A stretch of DNA of 44,893 bases from Thermostichus sp. DRC_bins_24 (GCA_039794845.1 JAUQVK010000069.1:1-44893); one strand, 5' to 3'. Counted from the first letter of the stretch, positions 9,061 to 20,040 are shown. The notes: generated by a model from the sequence alone, not told the origin. Program-made: numbers and translations.

Positions 9061-9084
9061 CACGCCCAAATCGAAACAGAACAC

Positions 9085-9108
9085 AACAAAACAGAAAACA
9101 AAACAGAA
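9085..9108. repeat. Perfect 12-bp tandem duplication (AACAAAACAGAA x2)
   Basis: Seen directly just upstream of ctaA. Confidence 0.9.
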
Positions 9109-9465
9109 GCAGATGGGAATAAGGATGCTAAACCTACAAAAACAGCCTGTGCCTTCGCTTGGAGCGATCTAACCGGGGACGGCTGGAGATCTTTATTCGA
9201 CCAAACCTACCCCCGTAACGAATCCTAAAAGGGGTTTTGCGGACGGCGAAGGCTTTTTAAGAATTTCTTTGAACCACTCCCTTCTCAATCTGCAGTAGTT
9301 GGGTATCCAAGGTATCTAATCACTACAGATCCTGAAGAGATCCATAAGCCTGTCGAACCCTCTGCAGCCCTTGTGAACTAAATGGAGAGGTCCTGCCCGG
9401 ATAGGTCAGACCTAAGTTGGGGCCTTGTTAGGGTGGACATACTTTGCAATGGGGAAGAGCCAGTC

Positions 9466-10440
9466 GTGAACGCGCTCAACAATATCATCCTGGTTGCAAT
9501 CGGGGTGCTTCTGACCATTACCAGTCTCTGGTACGGACAAAACCACCATCTCCTTCCCGAATCTGCTGCTGATTCTGCCCCGCTATTCGACAGCCTCTTC
9601 AACAGCACCATAACCATTGCCACCGGCATCTTCCTGGTGGTGGAGGGGGTGCTTCTTTACAGTGCTGTTCGTTTCCGTAGGCGACGGGGTGACCAAGGGG
9701 ACGGGGATCCCAATCACGGCAATGTCCTCCTGGAGATCGTCTGGACAGCGGTGCCGGCTGTCATCATTCTTTGGCTGGGGGTGGCCAGCCTGGATGTGTA
9801 TCAAGCCATCAACGGCGGTGTGAATGTGGGAGGTCATGCCCACTCGGCCATGGCCATGTCGATGGAGTCTTCCTACGAAGCGAAGGCGGAGGATCCCAGC
9901 TACGAGTACACGCCGGTGGTGGTGGCCAATGGGGTGGTGGGCCAACCGGATCTGGTCGTACAGGTACAGGGCATGCAGTATGCCTGGGTGTTCACCTATC
10001 CAGAATCCGGTTTGGTGGCCAGTGAGCTGCATCTTCCCCTGAACAAGCGGGTACGCCTGGATATGACTGCCCTCGACGTGAACCATGCCTTCTGGGTGCC
10101 GCAGTTTCGCCTGAAGCAAGATGTCATCCCTGGCCGCGAAACCCACCTGGAGTTTGTGCCCAGCGAGTTGGGAGAGTACCCCATTGTCTGCGCCGAGCTG
10201 TGTGGCCCCTATCACGGTGTTATGGGGGGGCAACTGTTTGTCGATACCCCAGAAGCCTTCGAGAGCTGGCAGGAGGAGCAAATTTTGGCCGCTCGTCCTG
10301 ATTCTGATGCCTTGGCCCTGGCTGCCGAAACCCACTCATCCTCTGCTTTCGCCGCAGCCCACCGGCAGCGTTTGGGTATTTCACCTTCTGATCTGACTTC
10401 GATTCACTCCCACCCGGGATCCCGGCACTCCGCAGGCTAG
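9466..10440 (+). CDS. ctaC: Cytochrome c oxidase subunit II
   Basis: LEIVWT, QYAW, DVNHAFWVP and CuA ligands CAELCGPYHGVM. Start probably GTG 9466. Confidence 0.95.
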   Translation: MNALNNIILVAIGVLLTITSLWYGQNHHLLPESAADSAPLFDSLFNSTITIATGIFLVVEGVLLYSAVRFRRRRGDQGDGDPNHGNVLLEIVWTAVPAVIILWLGVASLDVYQAINGGVNVGGHAHSAMAMSMESSYEAKAEDPSYEYTPVVVANGVVGQPDLVVQVQGMQYAWVFTYPESGLVASELHLPLNKRVRLDMTALDVNHAFWVPQFRLKQDVIPGRETHLEFVPSELGEYPIVCAELCGPYHGVMGGQLFVDTPEAFESWQEEQILAARPDSDALALAAETHSSSAFAAAHRQRLGISPSDLTSIHSHPGSRHSAG

Positions 10441-10512
10441 TCAGGCTCCTTTCGCCCATCTCTGCTGACTTCCTTCACCCTTTGGTCTCCGCCCATTAGG
10501 AGCTCACTTGCC

Positions 10513-12219
10513 ATGACCCAACTACAGGACAATCCCAACCTTGCCGCTGCCCCCAAGGCCAGCATGGATCCCCCCGCCGAACCCTGGTGGCGCTTTTTCA
10601 CCTTCTCCACCGACCACAAGGTGATCGGGATCCAGTATTTGGTCACCACCTTCTTCTTTTATCTGGTGGGCGGGGCGCTGGCGACGGCGGTACGGGCTGA
10701 ACTGGCGACCCCAGAGGCCGACTTTTTGGGGTTCGAACGCTACAACGGTGCCTTTACCGTTCACGCCACGATCATGATTTTCCTCTGGATCGTGCCCGCT
10801 TTGGTGGGGGGCTTTGGCAACTACTTGGTGCCGCTGATGATCGGGGCGCGGGATATGGCCTTCCCGAAGCTGAATGCGGTGGCCTTTTGGATGATTCCGC
10901 CCACCGGGATCCTGCTTTTGGTGAGTTTGCTTACGGAGGCTCCGGCGGCCGGCTGGACCTCTTACCCCCCCTTGAGCTTGATCAGCGGCCAGTTGGGAGA
11001 AGAACTCTGGATTTTGAGCATTTTGCTGGGGGGAACCTCATCGATCTTGGCGGGGGTAAATTTCTTCGTCACCATCCTCAAAATGCGCATGCCCGGCATG
11101 AAGTTGGGGGATATGCCCCTGTTTTGCTGGGCCATGCTCGCCACCTCGGTGCTGACCTTGATCGCCACGCCGGTCTTGGCAGGGGCCTTGATTCTGCTCA
11201 GTTTTGACCTTTTGGCCGGAACCGCCTTTTTTAACCCCAGTGGTGGCGGGGATCCGGTGGTGTACCAGCACATGTTTTGGTTTTATTCCCACCCGGCGGT
11301 CTACATCATGATCTTGCCGGTGTTTGGCATGATCTCGGAAATTTTGCCGGTGCACGCCCGCAAGCCGATCTTTGCCTACAAAGCAATCGCCTATTCCAGC
11401 TTGGCCATTTGCTTTTTGGGGTTGATCGTCTGGGCTCACCACATGTTCACCAGCGGCACCCCCGACTGGATGCGGGTGTTTTTCATGATCGCCACCATGG
11501 CCATTGCCGTTCCCACGGGTATTAAGGTGTTTAGCTGGTTGGCCACCTTGTGGGGGGGCAAAATTCGCCTCAACTCCGCCATGTTGTTTGGCATGGGCTT
11601 TGTCTCCATGTTTGTGATCGGGGGGTTGAGCGGCATCATTCTCTCGTCTGTGCCCTTGGATGTGCACGTTCACGATACCTACTTTGTGGTGGCCCACCTG
11701 CACTACGTGTTGTTTGGCGGCAGTGTGTTTGGCATTTATGCCGGCCTCTACCATTGGTTCCCCAAAATGACGGGGCGGATGATGAACGAGTTTTGGGGAC
11801 GGGTCCATTTCGTGCTCACCTTCGTCGGCTTCAACATCTGCTTTTTGCCGATGCACAAGCTGGGCCTGATGGGGATGCCGCGCCGTGTTGCCCAGTACGA
11901 CCCACAATTTGCCGACCTCAACTGGATTAGCTCGGTGGGGGCTTTTATCCTCGCCATTTCCACCCTGCCCTTCCTGGTGAACGCCATCTACTCTTGGGTG
12001 GCGGGGCCCAAAGCGGGGGACAACCCTTGGCAGGCCCTGAGCCTGGAGTGGACGACCACCTCTCCCCCGCCCCACCAGAATTTCTACGGGGATCCGATTT
12101 TGCTAACGGGCCCCTACGACTACGGCCTCCACAGCAAAGAAACCCTCGACTACTTCGCCGCCCAACTACAAACCCTGCGGGAGCTCTCTCTGATGGAGGC
12201 GGAGTCTTCCCACTCCTAA
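10513..12219 (+). CDS. ctaD: Cytochrome c oxidase subunit I
   Basis: STDHKVIG, WFYSHPAVY, WAHHMF, HDTYFVVAHLHY. Confidence 0.98.
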   Translation: MTQLQDNPNLAAAPKASMDPPAEPWWRFFTFSTDHKVIGIQYLVTTFFFYLVGGALATAVRAELATPEADFLGFERYNGAFTVHATIMIFLWIVPALVGGFGNYLVPLMIGARDMAFPKLNAVAFWMIPPTGILLLVSLLTEAPAAGWTSYPPLSLISGQLGEELWILSILLGGTSSILAGVNFFVTILKMRMPGMKLGDMPLFCWAMLATSVLTLIATPVLAGALILLSFDLLAGTAFFNPSGGGDPVVYQHMFWFYSHPAVYIMILPVFGMISEILPVHARKPIFAYKAIAYSSLAICFLGLIVWAHHMFTSGTPDWMRVFFMIATMAIAVPTGIKVFSWLATLWGGKIRLNSAMLFGMGFVSMFVIGGLSGIILSSVPLDVHVHDTYFVVAHLHYVLFGGSVFGIYAGLYHWFPKMTGRMMNEFWGRVHFVLTFVGFNICFLPMHKLGLMGMPRRVAQYDPQFADLNWISSVGAFILAISTLPFLVNAIYSWVAGPKAGDNPWQALSLEWTTTSPPPHQNFYGDPILLTGPYDYGLHSKETLDYFAAQLQTLRELSLMEAESSHS

Positions 12220-12281
12220 GGTCTTCTTGGGTTTTGACCCCTGCATCACTGCATCCTTTGAATCGAGAACAGGTAGGTACT

Positions 12282-12893
12282 ATGCAAGGATCCCTCGCCC
12301 CTGATACGTTGATGGTCGGCCATACTCAGGCTCACGCCGCCCACGCCGAGCACCCCGATCATCGAGTTTTCGGTGTTTTGGTGTTTTTGGTGGCAGAAGC
12401 CTGTCTGTTTTTGGGGCTGTTTATTGCCTATCTCACCTACAGTCTCACCGCTCCAGTGTGGCCACCGGAGGGAACCCCCGAGCGGGAATTGCTTTTGCCT
12501 GGCATCAACACTTTAATCCTGATCTCCAGCAGCTTTGTGATTCACAGGGCTGAGCCCGCCATTAAGGCCAATGATGTTAAGGGCCTGCGACTCTGGTTTG
12601 CCCTCACCGCCCTGATGGGGGCCATTTTCTTGGCGGGGCAAATTTACGAGTACAGCAACCTGGAGTTTGGCCTCACCACCAACCTATTTGCCAGCACCTT
12701 CTACGTCTTGACCGGGTTTCATGGCCTTCACGTGGCGGCGGGGCTGTTGTTTATTTTGGCGGTGCTGTGGCGCTCCCTGAAGCCCGGCCACTACAGCGCC
12801 CAGCACCACTTTGGTGTCGAGGCTGCTGAGCTGTACTGGCACTTTGTCGATGTGGTGTGGATCGTGCTGTTTATTTTGCTCTATCTGCTCTGA
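12282..12893 (+). CDS. ctaE: Cytochrome c oxidase subunit III
   Basis: LTGFHGLHV and YWHFVDVVW. Start at ATG 12282. Confidence 0.96.
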   Translation: MQGSLAPDTLMVGHTQAHAAHAEHPDHRVFGVLVFLVAEACLFLGLFIAYLTYSLTAPVWPPEGTPERELLLPGINTLILISSSFVIHRAEPAIKANDVKGLRLWFALTALMGAIFLAGQIYEYSNLEFGLTTNLFASTFYVLTGFHGLHVAAGLLFILAVLWRSLKPGHYSAQHHFGVEAAELYWHFVDVVWIVLFILLYLL

Positions 12894-12894
12894 T

Positions 12895-13150
12895 GGCGGC
12901 TTACCTCTTGTTCTCCGTGGGCTTTGAGCAGGGCCGCCAGCTTGTGGTGCATCAGGATGGATGCTCGGCTTTACTGTCTGGCGACATATCCGGATCCGTA
13001 CCTTCCAAGATGTAGTGATCCTCAAAAGTGACTTAGCGGTCAAAAGCGCTCACATCGGCGGCAGGGGCATCGGCTTCGCTATCCTTGCGCAAGGCAAATG
13101 GCACGATCTGAAGACCCTGAGAGTGCTCGTCGTCGATGGGGGGGGGTGAC
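12895..13150 (-). pseudogene. Decayed C-terminal fragment of a Rieske oxygenase, paralogous to the gene at 41022-42059
   Basis: Reads PIDDEHSQGLQIVPFALRKDSEADAPAADVSAFDR*VTFEDHYILEGTDPD, then after frameshifts KPSI / ILMHHKLAALLKAHGE. This aligns by eye with PIDDYTSQ...RSDREEDAPAANIIAFNRQVMDEDRVILET...KPSILMRRKLMALLRESE. Confidence 0.8.
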
Positions 13151-13307
13151 CCTGAATAGCAGTAAATAATGCTGGAAAAGGCTGTAGGATGCTGTGGCAA
13201 CTTTTTGTTTTCCACTTTTTCCACAAATCTTGAAACCTTGACTGTGCCGGCGCTCATCAAGTTTTACTGCTAGCAATCTCTACTCTTAGCCTGCTAACTT
13301 TTCGGGC

Positions 13308-13335
13308 TTGGCAGCTTGTCAAAGTTGGGTATAAT
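13308..13335 (+). promoter_or_regulatory. Candidate sigma70 promoter TTGGCA-N16-TATAAT
   Basis: Perfect -10 at 13330-13335 and near-consensus -35, upstream of the 13462 gene. Confidence 0.4.
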
Positions 13336-13461
13336 CAATGCCTAATATGCAGATCAATTGTGGTCGGGAAGGGATCCCAATCCTCGATTGATCCAGACGG
13401 TGCTGAATGAACTTTTTTCAGATCCCAATTTCCAAAAGGACACTCCCATTGGATTGATCAA

Positions 13462-13800
13462 ATGTTGTATACCTTTGAGATTATAGGCATTGCCCCTGCC
13501 CTGCAGTTCTTTTGTCAACAACAGGAACTGGCACAACGGCCTTGTAGTGTGGAGTACCTGGGCACAAGCCCCTGCACCCTTGATGCGTTGCTGGGATCCT
13601 TGGAGGAGGTGCCGGCCCGTCGCGGTTGGGATTTGGATCAACTCATCGAGACGGTGATCCGCTTCTGGTGCAATAACCCTGATTTGGTGGGATTGTGGCG
13701 CTCCCGCCTACGGGATGCGGGAGGAGACAGTCTTTTGGTCTCACGGGTGGGACACATCCAATCGTTGCGACAGGAGTTTGAGTGGTTGCTCGGGCAGTGA
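13462..13800 (+). CDS. Hypothetical protein (112 aa), probably conserved in cyanobacteria
   Basis: Clean ATG ORF co-oriented with HIT and cobH. Confidence 0.75.
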   Translation: MLYTFEIIGIAPALQFFCQQQELAQRPCSVEYLGTSPCTLDALLGSLEEVPARRGWDLDQLIETVIRFWCNNPDLVGLWRSRLRDAGGDSLLVSRVGHIQSLRQEFEWLLGQ

Positions 13801-13817
13801 AGGCCCTTAGCAGGTAG

Positions 13818-14189
<372 letters not shown>

Positions 14190-14273
14190 GGAGGTCTGCT
14201 TCTCCAGCCAGGCGGAGCCTCTCCAGGTACAATGCTGCCATTGAGGATAGCCAGCGGGCGAGGTCTGAAACCG

Positions 14274-14924
14274 ATGGAGTGGCATGTGACCGACGCAGAA
14301 AGCTTGATGATCATCGATCAGGAGGTGGGTAAGCACGAGCTTTCTCCTGCTGAGTACGAGGTGGTTCGCCGTGTAATCTATGCTACTGCAGATTTTGAGT
14401 ATTTGAAGCTGATCCGATTTTCCAACGAAGCCCTTCAGTCTGGAGCAGCTGCCCTAGCCGCCCGTACCACCATTGTGGTGGATGAGCCGATGGTACAGGT
14501 GGGCATTGCTTTGGCCATCCAGAATACCTTCTCCAACCCCATCTACTGCAGTAGCGAGGCCGTCACCCGTCCGCAAAAGGATAAAACCCGCTCCGCCTGG
14601 GGCCTAGAAACGCTGGCACAACGCTATCCAGAGGCAATTTTTGTGATTGGCCAATCTCAGACGGCTCTTTCGAGCTTGGTACGGCTGATTTTGGAGCGAG
14701 AGGTGGCTCCTGCCCTGGTGATCGCTACGCCTGCAGGGTTTGTAGATGTGGTGAAAGCCAAACAAGATTTGGCGGACTCAATGGTGCCCCACATTCGTAC
14801 AGAGGGTCGTAAGGGTGGCCCAGCGGTGGCAGCAGCGGTATTGGATAGCCTACTGGACTTGGCTTGGCATGCCTATGTGCGGGCCAGCGGCGCAGAGCAT
14901 CCTGGTAAATCCGTTACGCTCTAA
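14274..14924 (+). CDS. cobH: Precorrin-8X methylmutase (CobH/CbiC family)
   Basis: RRVIYATADF, PAGFV and GRKGG motifs. Has Y where canonical CobH has RxIHA, so it may be a divergent paralog. Confidence 0.8.
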   Translation: MEWHVTDAESLMIIDQEVGKHELSPAEYEVVRRVIYATADFEYLKLIRFSNEALQSGAAALAARTTIVVDEPMVQVGIALAIQNTFSNPIYCSSEAVTRPQKDKTRSAWGLETLAQRYPEAIFVIGQSQTALSSLVRLILEREVAPALVIATPAGFVDVVKAKQDLADSMVPHIRTEGRKGGPAVAAAVLDSLLDLAWHAYVRASGAEHPGKSVTL

Positions 14925-15145
14925 CCCTTGCCTACGCGCTCTGGTGGCCATAGGAGCCTGTGCCTTTTCTCGTTCGAGCCTAGAGCTCGGGCGAAAGGTT
15001 TTTGCTTCAATAAGCCCATGATCGAGATCACCCAATGGAAGGGATCCCTATCAACAGGCTTTCACAGAGGCACTGACAAGATGGAGCCGTGTCGTCGCGC
15101 CTGTGCTTCCAAGAAGTTGCTCCAGAGGATTTTTGAGGTTTTTCC

Positions 15146-15571
15146 ATGAAGCATTCCTTTCTGTTCTGGTGTGGCAGCTGCCTTTCCGTCCTCTCTCTTG
15201 CTCAGGGAGCTTGGGCTCAAACCAACCCAAGCCTACTATTTCCCCAGAACCCCAACGATCCCAATGCCCAGGTTCTTGTCTACCGCAGGGCTGCTGCTCG
15301 TCCATCAATGCGGTTGGCTACCGCCTCGGTTATTGCCTCAACTGCAACAGAGGGTAGCCCCTACCAGCACTGGCGCCAGGTACATGCCCCCAGGCCGAAA
15401 ACCGAAGACAGTGGCAATGCGACCTATACCTCTAACCGGAGGGGATCCCATTGGATTGAGGAACTCTTGGAGGAGCTCCCTTTCCAGCTTGAGCAGGGCG
15501 GGATCAGCTTGGGAGACAATAGCCCGTTCTTTTTGCATCCTCGTGGGTTGGGGTATCAGCACTCCTACTGA
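15146..15571 (+). CDS. Hypothetical secreted protein
   Basis: Signal-peptide-like N-terminus (AWA-Q); convergent with the sigma factor. Confidence 0.55.
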   Translation: MKHSFLFWCGSCLSVLSLAQGAWAQTNPSLLFPQNPNDPNAQVLVYRRAAARPSMRLATASVIASTATEGSPYQHWRQVHAPRPKTEDSGNATYTSNRRGSHWIEELLEELPFQLEQGGISLGDNSPFFLHPRGLGYQHSY

Positions 15572-15612
15572 AGAGAAAGAATGACTTTAGACACAGCAGC
15601 AGGAAGGGTATG

Positions 15613-16569
15613 TCATGTGAAGGGGTTGAGCCGCTTGCTGGTCTTGGGGGTGGAGTATTCCTGTTGTAGTCGCCGCAACTTCCTCAGGGCTCGCCGCTCG
15701 ATTTGCCGAACCCGCTCCCGCGAGAGGCCGATGTGTTCGCCGATTTCCCGTAGCGTCAGTCCGCTGGATCCGTCCAGCCCATACCGGGCCACGATCACCT
15801 GTTGTTCCCGATCACTCAGCTGACCCACCAGGGCGCGAACTTCCTCCCGATGGGCAACCCGGTTCAGGTGCTCGACAGGGTCGCTGTCTTCATCTTGGAT
15901 GAAATGCTGTAATTCGGTGCCGTCCTCATCTCCTACCCCCATGTTGAGGGAGCGCATCTCAGCCATGTGTCGGGTAATCAGAGCCCGGTAGTTATCGCCA
16001 ATCTCCAGAGACTCAAACACCTCATCGGCTTGAGGACGGGATCCCCTTTCAGAGGACAACTCCCGGTAGCGCCGTTTTACCTGCGAAACCTTTTCGTACA
16101 TGTGGGCGGGCAACCGGATCATGCGGCCTTTGTTTTGGATCCCACGATTGACGCTCTGGCGGATCCACCAAGTGGCATAGGTCGAGAATTTGTAGCCTCG
16201 GGTGGGGTCAAACTTTTCCACAGCCCGGGTGAGGCCGATGGTACCCTCCTGAATCAAATCCAAAAAGGGTAACCCACGATTGCGGTAACGCTTGGCGATG
16301 GATACCACCAGCCGCAAGTTGCATTCCACCATCCGCTTTTTGGCTGCCTCCCCCTGCCGTAGGATCTGTTGCAGCTCCCCCAGAGGGATCCCAAGCCGTT
16401 GGGCCCACACCTCCACCGGTTCATGCTCCCGACGCTGCTCCAGCAGCATCACCATCTGCTGAACCTGATGAGCCAGATGGATTTCTTCTTCAGCAGTGAG
16501 CAGCGAGTAACGCCCGATCGTCTTTAAGAAACGTCCCACCGCATCTTGCAAGTCAAGATTTTCCGACAT
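15613..16569 (-). CDS. Group 2 sigma-70 factor (RpoD/SigA family)
   Basis: Region 1.2 LLTAEEE, region 2 NLRLVVSIAKRY/DLIQEG/GYKFSTYATWWIRQ, region 4 TLREIG...SRERVRQIE. Lacks region 1.1. Confidence 0.93.
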   Translation of the reverse strand: MSENLDLQDAVGRFLKTIGRYSLLTAEEEIHLAHQVQQMVMLLEQRREHEPVEVWAQRLGIPLGELQQILRQGEAAKKRMVECNLRLVVSIAKRYRNRGLPFLDLIQEGTIGLTRAVEKFDPTRGYKFSTYATWWIRQSVNRGIQNKGRMIRLPAHMYEKVSQVKRRYRELSSERGSRPQADEVFESLEIGDNYRALITRHMAEMRSLNMGVGDEDGTELQHFIQDEDSDPVEHLNRVAHREEVRALVGQLSDREQQVIVARYGLDGSSGLTLREIGEHIGLSRERVRQIERRALRKLRRLQQEYSTPKTSKRLNPFT

Positions 16570-17254
16570 ACCAAACCCCACACCATAAATGCACGCCCTG
16601 TCAGGACTACGACTCTTCCTGTCGCGTCAGGCCCTCTTCCTTCTGGGGAAGCTGACTTTTCCACAAACAGCATCTTATTCATATCAACACATAAGGCTTT
16701 TCGTAAAGATTTTATCCACAAAAATCCTGGACTTGGGCCAATCATTTGACTCACTAAATATATTGAATCCGAATCCGATACCTACTACCTGTAGTGCCTA
16801 AACTCGGTATTTACAGGTTTGTTACACTACCTAAAGAGTCCGGGAAAGATCAATCACTTCTATTGAAGCAGTGTTTAAGATAGATTTTGAACGAAGAGAA
16901 ATAGATTATTCTGATCAATTTTTTCGTTAATGTTTTATCAATAAAAGAAAAACAAATTGAGATAAAAAATACAACCTAACTCAATGGCTTACAGAGCTCT
17001 AAAGAGAGGAATTCATGTTGAGCTACATCTAATAAATATATCTAACAAATATTTGATATAAGCCTTGCCTAGCAGAAATCAGAGGGATTCGCTGATATCC
17101 ATTTCGACCTCAAAGAGGTCTATCTCGCAAACGATGAGCAGGCCGAAGCGGAGCCCCAGGGATCCGCATGAAATCTGCCAGCCTAGGTACTTCTAAATCT
17201 AGTGCCAGTTTTTGCTTTAGGCACTACCCGTAGTGTTAAAGTTTTTATGCTGTG

Positions 17255-18643
17255 CTATTGGCCGCCCGCCGCCTCTGGGTTATGTAAGCCGGGAGGGAAA
17301 AGCCGCAACCCTTGCTGCTGAAGTCGTCGGTTTTGCAGGGGTACAGGGGTTACCCGTGGCAAAGGCGTCGCAATGGGCTGGGGAGTGGGGCTGGGCTCTG
17401 GGGTCGGTGTTGGTTCCGGGGTGGGTGTTGGGAGTGGAGTTGTTGACTCTGCTGGGAGCTGTTCTGGTGTGGGACGGGGACGACCCAGTTGAAAGCGGGG
17501 CTGCCGACGGGGTGCTGCAGTTGCAGTGGGGGTGGGTTCCGGGGTGGGGCTAGAGGTCGGTTCCGGGGTGGGCGTCGGGCTGGGTTCCGGGGTGGGCGTT
17601 GCCGTTGAAGCTGGAGAGGGAGTCGGCGTTGGGGAAGGGGTGGGCGTAGGGGTGGGGGTCGGTTCTGGGGTGGGGGTCGGCGTTGGGGCCGGTTCTGGGG
17701 TGGGCGTTGCTGTGGGAGTCGGAGTGGGTGTTGGGGTGGCCTGTGGCTGCGGTTGCACAATGGCGAGCGCCTCTTCGGCGCGCAGTTCTCCCCGAATCAG
17801 CCGAGAAAGGGTATCTTGCCCCCCGGGGGTATAGACGATCTCGCGGGCGGCGCTGTTGAACACATTGCGGATGGGATCCCCGTGGCCATCCACCAGTTCC
17901 ACCACCATCACATTGCGACCGGGTCTAAGACCTTTCAGGTAAAACGATTCCCAGCGATCCAGCAGGCCGGTTTGCCCGTTGAGGCTGTAACGGATCCGCC
18001 AATCCCTGGGCAAATCACTCAGCAGGCTTTCCCGCACCGGGGCATTGGCCAGCCAAAAATCCACCAGGATCGGCTCGGCGCCGTAGCTCCCCTTCGGGCG
18101 ATTGTAGGTAAGCAGAGGCAGTTGCGGCTGGGGCACATATTCCGGGGTTGGGGCGAGCACGTGAAAGCTGACTTGGGCGTAGGCTTCCGAGTTTTTGAAG
18201 CTCTCATGCCAGGGTTTACCGGCAAACACGCGCAACGTATGGGATCCCGGCTCTAGGTCCTTAAAGGTTAAAGGGGCGTCCGCCTCGTAATGGGCGATGT
18301 AGGGTTGGTTATCCAACACCACGTGCAGATGGGGGCCAAGCCCCAATTGGGGATCCTTGAACAGCGGATAGCCCTGCACGGCAAAGCGCACGGTTACCTG
18401 ACGCTCGGACAACACCTCCCCTGGCTTGGGGCTGAGGATCTGCACCTGTGGATGACAATACTGCAGATAGGCTTCTAACTTGGCGATCTCGGCGGGAACG
18501 GGCACTCGCTCCAGTTGGGGCAGGCGTTCCTCCGGTTCAGCCGGGGATCCCCCACAAGAGACCAAAACAAGGGCAGCCAAAAGAGCCATCCACCATCCCA
18601 GCTCCCATGTTCTCACCCTGGCATTTCCCGCGTGTTCTTGCAT
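17255..18643 (-). CDS. Lipoprotein with two globular domains and a long Pro/Thr-rich tail
   Basis: Lipobox-like [17 protein letters not shown] domain, then PTP(E/T) repeats. Start uncertain. Confidence 0.8.
   Translation of the reverse strand: MQEHAGNARVRTWELGWWMALLAALVLVSCGGSPAEPEERLPQLERVPVPAEIAKLEAYLQYCHPQVQILSPKPGEVLSERQVTVRFAVQGYPLFKDPQLGLGPHLHVVLDNQPYIAHYEADAPLTFKDLEPGSHTLRVFAGKPWHESFKNSEAYAQVSFHVLAPTPEYVPQPQLPLLTYNRPKGSYGAEPILVDFWLANAPVRESLLSDLPRDWRIRYSLNGQTGLLDRWESFYLKGLRPGRNVMVVELVDGHGDPIRNVFNSAAREIVYTPGGQDTLSRLIRGELRAEEALAIVQPQPQATPTPTPTPTATPTPEPAPTPTPTPEPTPTPTPTPSPTPTPSPASTATPTPEPSPTPTPEPTSSPTPEPTPTATAAPRRQPRFQLGRPRPTPEQLPAESTTPLPTPTPEPTPTPEPSPTPQPIATPLPRVTPVPLQNRRLQQQGLRLFPPGLHNPEAAGGQ
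17375..17755 (-). repeat. Coding low-complexity repeat (PTPTPEPTP...)
   Basis: GGGGTGGG/GGTTCCGGGGTGGG units encode the Pro-Thr tail. Confidence 0.85.
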
Positions 18644-18893
18644 GAGCCTCACATCCCAACAGTACGGTCGCATTAGCGGAGCGGCGTTCTATGGCGTTAG
18701 GGGAACGGCGTTTTATCCTTGGCCGATTCAAGAATTCAGGATCAGCAAAATCGGTATCCTGCCGAGCCGCAGACAAGCCATCCCCACATTACCAGCATGT
18801 GTCCTTTGGGGAGGATCCCTTCCCCCACCCTAGAATGAGAATGGAATCAACCGGCCCGGCCTGTACCGGACTGGCAAACTCTTGAGGTTGTGT

Positions 18894-19955
18894 ATGGTTC
18901 TGTTGACGATAGCGGCCCCTGTGGGCATGGATCTGACCCAGTTACAAACCCTGCTCAACAATGTGGCTTTTGCCATCTGTTTTGGGGCAATGCTGTTTTA
19001 CTGGGGTGGGGCAGCCTTTCCGCAACTGAAGCTGCTGACGGAACTGGGCCTGGTGGGGATGATCGCGGCCAATTTAACCATCGCAGTCCTCCTGGCGGCC
19101 CGCTGGATCGATGCCGGCTACTTCCCCTTGAGCAACCTGTACGAGTCTTTGTTTTTCCTGGCCTGGGGCATCACGACCCTCCATCTGGTCGCCCTCTACT
19201 GGAGCCGCAGCCGTTGGGTAGGGGTGATGACGGCTCCGGTTGTAACAGGGATTGTTGCCTTTGCCGCTTTGGCCTTGCCAGAAGATATGCAAGCAGCCCA
19301 ACCCCTCGTGCCGGCGCTGCAATCCAACTGGTTGATGATGCACGTGACGGTGATGCTGCTCAGCTATGCGGCGCTGCTGGTGGGATCCCTTTTGGCGGTG
19401 AGCTTTTTGATTGTCACCCGAGGCCAGCCGGTGCAGCTGAAGGGCAACTCCCTCGGACTGCAATTTCGTGCCCCTCGGCGCTCAGCCCATCCAGAATGGA
19501 CGGTGGATCCCACCCCGGCCCATCTCGCGGAGTTGTCTTATGCCGCCGCCGGGATCCCCTCCTCCAGTTCCGTCGTATCCCCTTTGGCCCAACCCACCCC
19601 ATTCCCCGAATCGCCGGGGATCCCTTGGCAACGGCTCAGCCTGGCGGAAATTTTGGACAACACCAGCTATCGGCTGATCGGCTTGGGGTTCCCGCTGCTC
19701 ACCATCGGCATCATTGCGGGGGCCGTTTGGGCCAACGAAGCCTGGGGCACCTACTGGAGCTGGGATCCGAAAGAAACCTGGGCCTTGATCACTTGGTTGG
19801 TCTTTGCCGCCTATTTGCACGCCCGCATCACCAAGGGTTGGCAAGGCAGACGCCCCGCCCTGTTGGCCAGCCTAGGCTTCGTGGTGGTTTGGGTGTGTTA
19901 CTTGGGAGTGAACCTGTTGGGCAAGGGCCTGCACAGCTACGGTTGGTTTTTTTGA
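18894..19955 (+). CDS. ccsA: Cytochrome c biogenesis protein CcsA (system II)
   Basis: [20 protein letters not shown], and the WWD domain [18 protein letters not shown]. Start 18894 or 18927. Confidence 0.96.
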   Translation: MVLLTIAAPVGMDLTQLQTLLNNVAFAICFGAMLFYWGGAAFPQLKLLTELGLVGMIAANLTIAVLLAARWIDAGYFPLSNLYESLFFLAWGITTLHLVALYWSRSRWVGVMTAPVVTGIVAFAALALPEDMQAAQPLVPALQSNWLMMHVTVMLLSYAALLVGSLLAVSFLIVTRGQPVQLKGNSLGLQFRAPRRSAHPEWTVDPTPAHLAELSYAAAGIPSSSSVVSPLAQPTPFPESPGIPWQRLSLAEILDNTSYRLIGLGFPLLTIGIIAGAVWANEAWGTYWSWDPKETWALITWLVFAAYLHARITKGWQGRRPALLASLGFVVVWVCYLGVNLLGKGLHSYGWFF

Positions 19956-20040
19956 GGGGATTTTCCCCGACAAACTGACCCGGGTTTATGGGTATTCTGG
20001 TGCTGGCAAGCCGTAGTGGATCCCTTCGAGGAGAAAAGCG

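Noticed and set aside
11038..12075. 345-aa minus-strand ORF
   Set aside because: Antisense shadow of ctaD.
13174..13186. 13-mer GGAAAAGGCTGTA shared with 385-397
   Set aside because: Too short; chance 13-mer matches are expected in 45 kb.
17375..17834. Repeat tract as a CRISPR array, or the GV-rich plus-strand ORF as a gene
   Set aside because: No constant repeat with unique spacers; it is the coding PT repeat and its antisense shadow.
18890..19978. 362-aa alternate-frame ORF over ccsA
   Set aside because: Frame shadow in GC-rich coding DNA with no motifs.
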